NCBI GenBank assembly: GCA_021781775.1
Contig: JAJXWE010000001.1
Location: 1-39,012, forward strand
Length of the DNA stretch: 39,012 bases
Direction of reading: 5' to 3'
DNA from: Pseudomonadota bacterium
Lineage (GTDB): Bacteria > Pseudomonadota > Gammaproteobacteria > Steroidobacterales > Steroidobacteraceae
A program made the position numbers and the translations under genes. This document shows positions 19,287 to 28,074 of this stretch, piece after piece; positions within the stretch are counted from its first letter, which is position 1; each line of letters starts with the position of its first letter. Under the pieces are notes generated by a model that was not told the DNA's origin, made no database searches, and worked only from the letters and a program-made list of their open reading frames with translations.

Positions 19287-20678
19287 ATGAGCACCCTGTT
19301 ACAGACCATCAGTCCCGTCGATGGCCGCGTATATGTCGAGCGGCCGTTGGCCGACACGAAGGCCATTGACGCGGCGCTCGAGGCGGCGCGGCGCGCTCAG
19401 GTTACCTGGGCCGCCACGCCGGTCGCGACCCGAGTGGCGCTGCTTGGCCGCGCGGTCGATGTGTTCATCGCCAAGACCTCCGTCATCGCTGAAGAGATCG
19501 CCTGGCAGATGGGCCGGCCCGTAGCGCACGCCCCCGGCGAGGTTCGCGGCTTCGAGGAACGCGCCCGCTACATGCTGGGCATCGCCGAGCGCGCGCTTGA
19601 GCCCATCGATCCCGGACCGAAGCCGGGCTTCGTGCGGCGGATCAAGCGCGCGCCGCTCGGCGTCGTGGCGGTGGTCGCGCCCTGGAATTATCCCTACCTG
19701 ACGGCGGTGAACGCGGTGATTCCGGCCCTCGCCGCCGGCAACGCCGTCGTCCTCAAACATTCGCATCAGACGCCGCTGTGCGCGGAGCGCTTCGCCGAGG
19801 CATTCGCCGCCGCCAGCCTGCCGGTCGGCGTGTTCCAGTTCCTGCATCTGTCCCACGAGGACACCTCGCGCCTGATGGGCGACCCGCGACTCGGCAGCGT
19901 GTGTTTCACCGGTTCGGTCGCGGGCGGCAAGGCGGTAGTCGCGGCCACTGCGGCGGGCTTCGCGACCTCGGGCCTGGAGCTCGGCGGCAAAGATCCCGCG
20001 TATGTGCGCGCCGACGCCAACCTGGAGCACGCCATCGAATCGCTGACCGATGGCGCGTTCTTCAACGCCGGCCAGTCCTGTTGCGGTATCAAGCGTATCT
20101 ACGTGGCTGCGCCGCTCTACGAGCGCTTCGTGGAAGGGGTGGTCGGATTGGCGAGCCGCTACCGCCTCGGCTCGCCGCTCGACCCCCAGACGACCCTTGG
20201 GCCTGTGGTGCGAGCCGCAGCCGCGGATCATGTCCGCTCGCAGGTCGACGCGGCGGTGGCCGCGGGCGCCCGACAGCTCGTCGAGGGCCGCCACTTCCCT
20301 CGGGACGAGCGCGGCACGCCCTACCTCGCGCCACAGGTGCTCGTCGACGTCGATCACTCGCACACGATCATGTGTGAAGAAACCTTCGGTCCGGCGGTCG
20401 GCATCATGAAGGTCTCATCCGACGAGGAAGCCATCCGGCTGATGAACGACAGCGCCTTCGGGCTGACGGCGGCAGTCTATTCCGCAGACCCAGAGCGGGC
20501 CGAGCAGATCGGTGATCGCCTCGAGACCGGTACGGTGTTTCTGAATCGCTGCGACTATCTCGATCCGGCGCTCGCCTGGACCGGAGTGAAGCATTCGGGC
20601 CGCGGCTGCACGCTCTCCCGCGTCGGCTACGAGTACCTGACACGTCCCAAGTCCTACCATCTCCGGGTGCAACTATGA
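19287..20678 (+). CDS. NAD(P)-dependent aldehyde dehydrogenase
   Basis: 463 aa. Seen: VAPWNYP, the catalytic Glu block LELGGKDP and the catalytic Cys block FFNAGQSCCGIKRIYV. Confidence 0.9.
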   Translation: MSTLLQTISPVDGRVYVERPLADTKAIDAALEAARRAQVTWAATPVATRVALLGRAVDVFIAKTSVIAEEIAWQMGRPVAHAPGEVRGFEERARYMLGIAERALEPIDPGPKPGFVRRIKRAPLGVVAVVAPWNYPYLTAVNAVIPALAAGNAVVLKHSHQTPLCAERFAEAFAAASLPVGVFQFLHLSHEDTSRLMGDPRLGSVCFTGSVAGGKAVVAATAAGFATSGLELGGKDPAYVRADANLEHAIESLTDGAFFNAGQSCCGIKRIYVAAPLYERFVEGVVGLASRYRLGSPLDPQTTLGPVVRAAAADHVRSQVDAAVAAGARQLVEGRHFPRDERGTPYLAPQVLVDVDHSHTIMCEETFGPAVGIMKVSSDEEAIRLMNDSAFGLTAAVYSADPERAEQIGDRLETGTVFLNRCDYLDPALAWTGVKHSGRGCTLSRVGYEYLTRPKSYHLRVQL

Positions 20679-21841
20679 TGACTTCCTGGCACGCCAACTG
20701 GAACTACCCGACCCGGATCTGGGCCGGACCGGGCCGCATCGCCGAGCTCCCCAAGGCCTGCACCGAGCTCGGCATCCGCCGGCCGCTGCTCGTCACGGAC
20801 ATCGGCCTGCTGCGCCATCCCATGATCAGCGCCGCGCTCAAAACGCTGCCCGGCGCTGCGCTGTTCGGCGAAGTCAAAGGCAACCCCACAGGAGCCAATG
20901 TGGAAGCGGGCCTCGCCGCCTATCGTTCTGCGGGGCATGACGGCGTGGTGGCCTTCGGCGGCGGCTCGGCGCTCGATGCAGGCAAGGTCATCGCCTTCAT
21001 GAGCGGCCAGCGCCGGCCGATGTGGGACTTCGAGGACATCGGCGACTGGTGGACGCGCGCCGATCCGGCCGGGATCGCCCCGGTGGTCGCGGTGCCCACG
21101 ACGGCGGGCACGGGCTCCGAGGTCGGCCGCGCCAGCGTCATCCTCAACGAGGCGACCCACCAGAAGAAGATCATCTTTCATCCGCGGATGATGCCGGGCA
21201 TCGTGATCAGCGATCCCGGCCTCACCACCGGCCTACCCGCGCACGTTACCGCGGCCACGGGCTTGGATGCCTTCGTGCATTGCTTCGAAGCGTACTGCGC
21301 GCCGGGGTTCCACCCCCTCGCCGACGGCCTCGCCCTCGAGGGCATGCGCCTGATCGCCCGGTACCTGCTCCTGGCCTATGCGCGGGGTGACGACCTGGAG
21401 GCGCGCGCCAACATGCTGGCGGCGGCATCCATGGGTGCCGCCGCCTTCCAGAAGGGCCTGGGCGCCGTGCACGCCATCGCCCATCCGGTCGGCTCGTGGT
21501 TCGACACCCATCATGGCCTGACCAACGCCGTGATCCTGCCGTACGTCATGCGCCACAACCGCGCCGCCATCGCGGACAAGACTGTGATTATCGCCCGTCA
21601 GCTTGGCCTCGCCGCGCCCGGGTTCGACAGCCTGTTCGACTGGGTGCTCGAGTTCCGCCGCGCTCTGGGCATTCCGCACACGTTGGCGCAAATCGGCGTC
21701 TCCCTCGACAACGCCGCGGTCATCGGCGCGGAGGCGGCCGCCGACCCCTCGGCCGGCGGCAACCCGATTCCCGTGGAGGCGGTCGCGCTCGAGCGGATCT
21801 TTCGCGCGGCGGTCACCGGGGACCTCGACGCGGCAGCCTGA
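20675..21841 (+). CDS. Iron-containing (group III) alcohol dehydrogenase
   Basis: 388 aa. Seen: the GGGSALDAGK motif, VAVPTTAGTGSE, and metal-binding His residues in LDAFVHCFEAY and HAIAHPVG. Overlaps the ALDH stop by 4 nt. Confidence 0.88.
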   Translation: MMTSWHANWNYPTRIWAGPGRIAELPKACTELGIRRPLLVTDIGLLRHPMISAALKTLPGAALFGEVKGNPTGANVEAGLAAYRSAGHDGVVAFGGGSALDAGKVIAFMSGQRRPMWDFEDIGDWWTRADPAGIAPVVAVPTTAGTGSEVGRASVILNEATHQKKIIFHPRMMPGIVISDPGLTTGLPAHVTAATGLDAFVHCFEAYCAPGFHPLADGLALEGMRLIARYLLLAYARGDDLEARANMLAAASMGAAAFQKGLGAVHAIAHPVGSWFDTHHGLTNAVILPYVMRHNRAAIADKTVIIARQLGLAAPGFDSLFDWVLEFRRALGIPHTLAQIGVSLDNAAVIGAEAAADPSAGGNPIPVEAVALERIFRAAVTGDLDAAA

Positions 21842-21845
21842 TGTC

Positions 21846-22700
21846 ATGAGCGCGCCTCGCGTCCTGGTGGTCGATGGCAACGTGGCGGACATCCGTCGCA
21901 GGCAGATCGAGGCGGTCGGCTACGACACTGCGACCAGCTATGCCCGCGTCCTGCGGCGTTTGCGCCCGGACCTCGAGTGCGACATCGCGTACCCGGCGGA
22001 CGTGCACCCCGTGGCGGAGCTTGCGGGCGCACTCGATCGCTACGACGGCGTGGCGATCACCGGCTCGGCGCTGTGCATCGCCGACGGCGGCCCCGCCGTC
22101 GAGCGGCAGATCGATCTGGCGCGCAGCGTGTTCGATCGCGGGGTGCCGTTGTTTGGTAGCTGCTGGGGACTGCAGGTGGCAGTTGCGGCCGCGGGCGGGG
22201 TCGTCGAGCGCAATCCCCGTGGCCGGGAATTCGGCTTCGCGCGACGGATCCTGCTGACCGAGGCGGGCCGCGCACACCCGCTGTTCTCGGACAAGCCGGC
22301 AGTGTTCGAGGCCCCGACCGTGCACCGCGATCACGTCGCGAGACTGCCCGAGGGTGCGCAGGTGCTGGCCGTCAACGAGATGGGAGTGCAGGCGGCGACG
22401 TTCAGTCACCGCCGGGGAACGTGCTGGGGCGTGCAATACCACCCGGAATACGACTACGGAGACATCCGCGCCGTCGCGCAACGCTACGGGACGGCGCTGG
22501 TCGATGCCGGCCTGTTCGCTGGCCCAGAGGATCTCGATGATTTCGCGGCCGACATGGCGGCGCTGCAGGCCGATCCGGCGTGCGAGGCGCTGCTGTGGAA
22601 ACACGGCCTGGGACCCGCCATGCGCGCCGAGCCGCTGCGCCTGCGGGAACTCGCCAACTGGCTGACCCTGCAGGTCGAGCCGCGCGCCTGCTCCCGCTGA
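21846..22700 (+). CDS. Class I glutamine amidotransferase-like protein (candidate gamma-glutamyl-amide hydrolase, PuuD/IpuF-like)
   Basis: Start chosen at ATG 21846 (MSAPRVLVVDGN...), 4 nt after the ADH stop. Nucleophile elbow GSCWGLQV and GVQYHPEY (His) of the GATase1 triad are present. 284 aa. The track ORF extension from 21603 lies inside the ADH gene. Confidence 0.75.
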   Translation: MSAPRVLVVDGNVADIRRRQIEAVGYDTATSYARVLRRLRPDLECDIAYPADVHPVAELAGALDRYDGVAITGSALCIADGGPAVERQIDLARSVFDRGVPLFGSCWGLQVAVAAAGGVVERNPRGREFGFARRILLTEAGRAHPLFSDKPAVFEAPTVHRDHVARLPEGAQVLAVNEMGVQAATFSHRRGTCWGVQYHPEYDYGDIRAVAQRYGTALVDAGLFAGPEDLDDFAADMAALQADPACEALLWKHGLGPAMRAEPLRLRELANWLTLQVEPRACSR

Positions 22701-22748
22701 GAGGATCGGCGCCGGCAACCGGAGCAGATTGACAATGGGGGGCTTCCC

Positions 22749-24161
22749 ATGGTGCAAGCAGAGCCGCAGCTGTCCCGCTCCCTGAGCGGCCTCCACTTGT
22801 GGGGCATCGCCGTGGGACTGGTCATCTCCGGAGAGTACTTCGGTTGGAGTTACGGCTGGGCGCAGGCCGGGACGCTCGGCTTCCTTGTGACCACGGCGCT
22901 GATCGCCGTGATGTATACCACGTTCATCTTCAGCTACACCGAGCTCACCACCGCCATCCCGCACGCCGGCGGCCCGTTCGCGTACAGCTACCGTGCCTTC
23001 GGCCCCGTCGGCGGATACCTGGCGGGATTCGCGACGCTGGTGGAATTCGTGTTCGCGCCGCCAGCGATCGCGCTCGCCATCGGAGCCTACCTGCACGTGC
23101 AGTTCCACACTCTGGACGCGCGTATGGCCGCGGTGGGCGCCTACGCGGTGTTCATGACGCTCAACATCGTCGGGGTGATGATCGCCGCGACCTTCGAGCT
23201 GGTCATCACGCTCCTCGCCATCGCCGAGCTCGTCGTTTTCATGGCGGTGGTCGCTGGCGGCTTCAGCTGGGCGCATTACGTTCATCTCGGCTGGGCGGGA
23301 CATGCGCACCCGTCCGCGGCCATGTTTGGGGGGATCTTCGCCGCGATCCCGTTCGCGATCTGGTTCTTCCTCGCCATCGAGGGGGCGGCCATGGCGGCCG
23401 AGGAGGTCAAGAACCCCTCGCGCACCATTCCTCCGGCTTACATCGGCGGCATCATCACCCTGTTGGCACTCGCCTTCGGCACCATGATATTCGCCGGCGG
23501 GGCGGGCGACTGGCGCCGGCTCGCCAACATCAACGACCCCCTGCCGCGGGCGATGATGATCGTCGTGGGGGAGAACAGCGGCTGGATGCACCTGCTGGTG
23601 TGGATCGGACTCCTCGGGCTCATCGCCTCGTTCCACGGCATCATCATGGGCTACTCGCGGCAGATCTTCGCGCTCGCCCGCGCGGGCTTCCTGCCGGGGT
23701 TCCTCGGGCGTGTACACAAGCGGTGGCGGACACCTTACGTCGCGGTGCTCGCGGGCGGCGCCGTGGGCATCGCGGCCATCTACTCCGACAAGGTGATCAC
23801 CATCGCGGGGCAGTCGCTCACGGCGAGCATCGTGACGCTGTCGGCGCTGGGGGCCATCGTCATGTACATCGTAAGCCTCGCGAGCCTGCTGCGCCTGAGG
23901 CGGTGCGCGCCGGACTTGCCGCGGCCCTTCCGCACACCGCTGTTCCCGGTCTTTCCGCTGATGGCGCTGGTGCTGGCGGTCATCTCGCTCATTTCGATCG
24001 TCTATTACAATCCGCAGCTCGCGGTCATATTCGTCGTGCTCAGCACGCTCGGCGGAGCGGCCACCCGGTATCGCCTGCGGCGCCGGGGTCTGAACGGGGA
24101 CGATGCGCTGCTGCGGACGGGGGACTCACGGCAGATGGCGCCCGAAGCCGATTCCGAATAG
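22749..24161 (+). CDS. APC-superfamily amino-acid/ethanolamine permease (Eat/EutP type)
   Basis: 470 aa, about 12 TM. The N-terminal LSRSLSGLHLWGIAVGLVISGEYFGWSYGWAQAGTLGFL... strongly resembles the ethanolamine permease subfamily as I recall it. Confidence 0.75.
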   Translation: MVQAEPQLSRSLSGLHLWGIAVGLVISGEYFGWSYGWAQAGTLGFLVTTALIAVMYTTFIFSYTELTTAIPHAGGPFAYSYRAFGPVGGYLAGFATLVEFVFAPPAIALAIGAYLHVQFHTLDARMAAVGAYAVFMTLNIVGVMIAATFELVITLLAIAELVVFMAVVAGGFSWAHYVHLGWAGHAHPSAAMFGGIFAAIPFAIWFFLAIEGAAMAAEEVKNPSRTIPPAYIGGIITLLALAFGTMIFAGGAGDWRRLANINDPLPRAMMIVVGENSGWMHLLVWIGLLGLIASFHGIIMGYSRQIFALARAGFLPGFLGRVHKRWRTPYVAVLAGGAVGIAAIYSDKVITIAGQSLTASIVTLSALGAIVMYIVSLASLLRLRRCAPDLPRPFRTPLFPVFPLMALVLAVISLISIVYYNPQLAVIFVVLSTLGGAATRYRLRRRGLNGDDALLRTGDSRQMAPEADSE

Positions 24162-24241
24162 ACGCGCCCCGGCCGGCGCACATGCGGCATGCAGCGGCGC
24201 AATACGGCTGTCACGAAACTCATAGCGTAAAGGCGGATTCA

Positions 24242-26179
24242 ATGAACCGATCACCTCGAAGAAGCCCGGCCACATCCATCCGGATTTCCAAGGCGGCAGT
24301 CCTGCTCGCGAGCCTCGCGTTCGCCCTGCCCGCGCCAAGCCTTGCGGCCGCCCGTGGCGGCAAGGCCGCTACGGAGCATACCCTGACCCCGATCAAACAC
24401 GTCATCCTGATCATCGGGGAGAACCATACCTTCGACAACCTGTTCGCGACCTACGTGCCCCCCAACGGCCAGACGGTGTGGAATCTGCTGTCCATGGGAA
24501 TCGTGACAGCGAACGGCACGCCCGGCCCCAACGCCGCGCTCGCCCGCCAGTGGCAGGCCACCGACACGACGGTCTATTCGTCCGATCCGACCCACACACA
24601 GCCGCTCGCCGCGCTGCCGGCCCTGAACACGGCCGATGCGGTGGCAAAGCCGCGTTTCGCCACGGTCGAGCAGGCCGCGCTTCGCGAGCCCGGCCTGTCG
24701 CCCGGCGATGAACGGCTGCTGCTGACGGGCACCACGGGCCAGCCCGCGGACGTGATCGACAAGCGCTTCCCGAGCCAATTCCCGAACGCGCCCATCGACG
24801 TCACCCGTTACATCCCCTATGACTCGTACTGGGTCAGTCCGGTGCATCGCCTGTTCCAGATGCGCCAGGAACTCGATTGCTCGCCCGCGGCCATGACTGC
24901 GGTCAATCCGAGTGGCTGCCGCGCGGACCTGTTCCCCTGGGTGGAGCTTACCGTGGGCGCAGGCTCGAGCGGCGCCCCGCGGCCCGAGAACTACAATGAG
25001 CAGACGACGCAAGAAGGCCCCGCGGCCATGGCGTTCTACAACATGGCGCGCGGCGACGTCCCCTATCTCGCCAAGCTGGCGCGTGAGTACGCCCTGGCGG
25101 ACAACTATCACCAGGCGGCGCTCGGTGGTACCGGCGCCAATCACGTCATGCTCGGCTACGGCACGCTTATCTACTACGCGGACCACCGGGGCCAGCCGGC
25201 CCGGCCGCCCTTCAACCAGATCGAGAACCCGAACCCCGCGCCGGGTACCAACAATTGGTATGTCCAGGACGGCTACAAGGGCGGTTCCTACACCGAGTGC
25301 GCCGACCCCGCCCAACCCGGCGTGGCGGCGGTGGACAAATACCTCGCGGCCTTGCCCTACGCGGCGTTCAACCACGGCGACTGCCGGCCAGGGGCGTATT
25401 ACCTGGTCAACAACTATGAGCCCGGCTACCACGGCAACGGCACGCCAGCGCTGCTCGGTGCGGATCATTTCACCGTCCCGCCCACCCGGCAGGGCAACAT
25501 CGCGCTGCTCATGAGCCGCTACCACGTCAGCTGGAAGTACTACGGTGAAGGCTGGCAGGGCGGCCGATTGCGCCCGCACCTCGGGCGCTTCTGCCGCATC
25601 TGCGACCCGTTCCTCTATTCGACGCAGATCATGACCAACCCCGCGCTGCGCGCGGACAACGCCGGCATCCACGCCCTGTATGCCGATATCCGCAGCGACA
25701 CTCTGCCCGACGTCTCCTTCGTCAAACCGGATGAGCTGCTCGACGGACACCCGGCCTCCTCCAAGGTGGATCTGCTGGAGGGATTCATCCGCAAGATCAT
25801 CGACATGGTTCGCTCGCGGCCGGCTCTCTGGAAAGATACCGCAATCATGATCACCATGGACGAAGGCGGCGGGTTTTGGGACGAGGGGTACGTGCAGCCG
25901 ATCGACTTCTTCGGCGATGGCACCCGGGTGCCACTCATCGTGGTGTCGCGCTACTCACGCGGAGGACGGGTGGTCCACACTTATTACGATCACGTCTCGT
26001 TCGACAAGTTCGTGGAGGCCAACTGGGAGATCGGTCAGCGCATCTCCCGCTACAGCCGCGACAACCTGCCGGACCCCATCGCCTCGCCCGCCAGTCCTTA
26101 CGTGCCGCTCAACGCGCCAGCGATCGGCGACCTGATGGGCATGTTTCAGTTCAAGGTCCATGGGCCGCACGGCGGTTGA
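24242..26179 (+). CDS. Secreted phosphoesterase-family protein (phospholipase C / AcpA acid phosphatase family, PF04185-like)
   Basis: Start chosen at ATG 24242 (MNRSPRRSPATSIRISKAAVLLASLAFALPAPSLAAA, a signal peptide). The family signature IKHVILIIGENHTFDNLF and a later ITMDEGGGFWD block are present. 645 aa. The track ORF extension from 22799 lies inside the permease gene in another frame. Confidence 0.8.
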   Translation: MNRSPRRSPATSIRISKAAVLLASLAFALPAPSLAAARGGKAATEHTLTPIKHVILIIGENHTFDNLFATYVPPNGQTVWNLLSMGIVTANGTPGPNAALARQWQATDTTVYSSDPTHTQPLAALPALNTADAVAKPRFATVEQAALREPGLSPGDERLLLTGTTGQPADVIDKRFPSQFPNAPIDVTRYIPYDSYWVSPVHRLFQMRQELDCSPAAMTAVNPSGCRADLFPWVELTVGAGSSGAPRPENYNEQTTQEGPAAMAFYNMARGDVPYLAKLAREYALADNYHQAALGGTGANHVMLGYGTLIYYADHRGQPARPPFNQIENPNPAPGTNNWYVQDGYKGGSYTECADPAQPGVAAVDKYLAALPYAAFNHGDCRPGAYYLVNNYEPGYHGNGTPALLGADHFTVPPTRQGNIALLMSRYHVSWKYYGEGWQGGRLRPHLGRFCRICDPFLYSTQIMTNPALRADNAGIHALYADIRSDTLPDVSFVKPDELLDGHPASSKVDLLEGFIRKIIDMVRSRPALWKDTAIMITMDEGGGFWDEGYVQPIDFFGDGTRVPLIVVSRYSRGGRVVHTYYDHVSFDKFVEANWEIGQRISRYSRDNLPDPIASPASPYVPLNAPAIGDLMGMFQFKVHGPHGG

Positions 26180-26232
26180 TCGGCGATCCAGCGAGGCCCC
26201 GTACACATCGGCTGTAGTCCGCAAAATTCCAT

Positions 26233-26958
26233 TTAAGCGGCGACAAGACTGTACTCGTGGTGGAGTCCGCCGAGAATGGGGTTGGCGCGGACGGAATAGG
26301 TTTCACCACGGCGATGACGTGAGACGGACTTCGGGAGGGCGATGGTCGGAGGATCCGGAATCCCCGGTCCCAAAGACATATGCGGTCGGCCGCGGTTGTA
26401 GTGCTGAATCCATGTTTTCAGCAACGTACGCAAATGCGATTCGGAGAGCGGAATCACCCAGTCCAGGCACTCCCTGCGTAATGTGCCGATGACCTGCTCG
26501 CAGAGGGCATTCATCTTCGGACAGTGAGGGGCGGAGCGCAGTACACGGAGTCCCAGAGCCTGGACCGATTCATCGAGCCCGGGGGAGAAGATACTGTCCC
26601 GGTCGTGGAGCAGGAATCGATATCGGTGATCGAGGGTGGCAACTTCGCGCAGTTGCTCCAGCGTCCAGGCCGCGGTAGGGTGAACCGTGACGTTGCCGTG
26701 GACCAAGCGACGGGGCCCGCGCTCGATCACGACGAAGACGTAGAGCATGCGAAAGTTCGCTGTGATGGCGAGACAAAAGTCGCAGGCTAAGATTCCTTGG
26801 GCGTGCAGGCGCAGGAAGGTCGACCAGCGCAGATCCCCTCGTGGCCTGCCCGGCGGGCGCGGGGGCATGTACTTGCGCACGGTGCCAGGAGAGATCCGGA
26901 TGCCGAGCTTCAACAGCAACCAGTGAGCGATTGAGCAATGCGCCCCGATGGCGAGCAT
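26233..26958 (-). mobile_element. 5'-truncated rve (integrase-core, DDE) transposase gene, an IS remnant
   Basis: 241 aa. The DDE core appears intact (ACDF..., HDRDSIF..., NALCEQ, spacing about 60 and 35 aa), followed by LLKTWIQHYNRGRPHMSLG. The N-terminal HTH part found in full-length relatives is absent: a stop sits directly upstream of the ORF, and the homology ends at the AT-rich tract near 26978. Confidence 0.75.
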
Positions 26959-26977
26959 TCAGCACGACGCGCTTGCC

Positions 26978-27008
26978 TATCGTTTATTTATTCCATATTA
27001 TAGAAGTT
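26978..27008. other. AT-rich tract (25 of 31 nt A/T) in a G+C-rich context
   Basis: TATCGTTTATTTATTCCATATTATAGAAGTT, directly between the truncated transposase and the PadR start codon. It may hold the PadR promoter and/or be the AT-rich distal end of the GInt-like element. Confidence 0.6.
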
Positions 27009-27347
27009 ATGGGCAAGCGCGAATATCTCGGGCAGCTTGAGTTGATGGTATTGCTAGCGGTCGTCAGGCCATCTTCCCAAAAGGCCTATGGCGTATCGAT
27101 TGCACGTGACATCACCCGAATCAGCCGGCGGCAAGTGGCGCTGGCGAGCGTTTATGCGGCTTTGGAGCGGCTGGAGAAGAAGGGCTTCGTGGTTTCGAGC
27201 CTCGGGGAACCGCTGGTTGAGCGAGGCGGCAAGGCACGCACTTACTTTCGACCGACTTCGGCAGGGATCCAGGAAGCGCGCCAGACTCAAGCGACGCTCA
27301 TGCGGCTCAGCGGGGATCTATCCACCCTCAAAGGACAGCCCGCGTGA
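27009..27347 (+). CDS. PadR-family transcriptional regulator
   Basis: 112 aa from ATG 27009. The winged-helix pattern LGQLELMVLLAVVR..QKAYGVSIARDI...SRRQVALASVYAALERLEKKGFVSS is typical of PadR. Sampled 60-nt lines here are about 50% G+C. Confidence 0.85.
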   Translation: MGKREYLGQLELMVLLAVVRPSSQKAYGVSIARDITRISRRQVALASVYAALERLEKKGFVVSSLGEPLVERGGKARTYFRPTSAGIQEARQTQATLMRLSGDLSTLKGQPA

Positions 27348-27967
27348 CGATGCGAGAGGAGCCGACCTTCGCCGTCTGGCTCTTGAAGCATTTCGTCGCA
27401 AAAGAACGAAGGGAGTCACTGTTGGGTGATCTGTTTGAAGAATTCCAGGCGGGTCGAACATACTGTTGGTATTGGCGAGAAACGCTTGCGGCCCTCTTTA
27501 TATCCATGCGTCGCGGTGCGCGCGGGGTTTTTTCTTGGTGCGGCGCTCAAGTCGTTCTGGGGCTTGTCGCGCAATCTCTTGTTGTCTGGGCCGTCCTGCT
27601 TTCGGAGCAGTATCGAGAGCATTGCCCTAATTTGCCCGCCTATTCGCGCGACTCGACCGCTCTAATGCTATGGGCGGGGATGCTCCAGATCGCGATTGCT
27701 CTCGTGGTCTGGCTCAATCCACTGGACCGTGCTGCCCGTTCACACCGACGGCCCAGACTCTTCCGACTGTCAGTTGCAGCCTTCGCCGCTGTCGGGCTCA
27801 GCAGCGGCGCGTTCACTTGGGCAAGTACGGCTTCTTGCTCAATCGGCCCCTTTGCTTGTCAGTCCCCGACCATGCATTCATGCGCATCCCGCGTTGGTGC
27901 GGCTCCCGAGACACGACAGTCTGTGGGGCGTCCGAGTCGGCTCGCCCTGCGGGCCAGCTTGCACTGA
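27344..27967 (+). CDS. PadR-associated membrane protein (unknown function)
   Basis: 207 aa, GTGA overlap with the PadR stop (alternative ATG at 27350). The N-terminus AVWLLKHFVAKERRESLLGDLFEEFQAGR..CWYWRETL matches the conserved leader of proteins encoded after PadR genes, notably in Acidobacteria-type genomes as I recall. About 4 hydrophobic segments follow. Confidence 0.6.
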   Translation: MTMREEPTFAVWLLKHFVAKERRESLLGDLFEEFQAGRTYCWYWRETLAALFISMRRGARGVFSWCGAQVVLGLVAQSLVVWAVLLSEQYREHCPNLPAYSRDSTALMLWAGMLQIAIALVVWLNPLDRAARSHRRPRLFRLSVAAFAAVGLSSGAFTWASTASCSIGPFACQSPTMHSCASRVGAAPETRQSVGRPSRLALRASLH

Positions 27968-28074
27968 ATGCCCGGGCTTCACTGCTGCAGGCTTCGAGCG
28001 GCCGGATCTGAAATCTCATAGAGAACACCACGCTAGATTCGCAAGCCTTGCTCGCGCCAACCAGAAGTATCGAA

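Noticed and set aside
21813-23717. 634-aa minus-strand ORF opposite the amidotransferase-like gene and the permease
   Set aside because: It spans two well-supported plus-strand genes and their intergenic gap. The composition is dominated by R/G/D/E/H runs. Shadow ORF.
13855-24241. Long N-terminal extensions of track ORFs (13855-14070, 15057-15629, 21603-21845, 22799-24241; likewise 9066-9242 and 32095-32331)
   Set aside because: The extensions overlap the preceding, well-supported genes in other frames and translate to Arg/Pro/Ser-rich junk. Internal ATG/TTG starts give canonical N-termini and tight or ATGA-type gene junctions.
24242-24360. Possible twin-arginine (Tat) signal in the phosphoesterase leader (SPRRSPATS)
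   Set aside because: An RR pair is present but the S/T-R-R-x-F-L-K consensus is not. A generic Sec signal peptide explains the sequence.
24251-25750. 499-aa minus-strand ORF opposite the phosphoesterase gene
   Set aside because: Antisense to a gene carrying the IKHVILIIGENHTFDNLF family signature. No domain recognisable.
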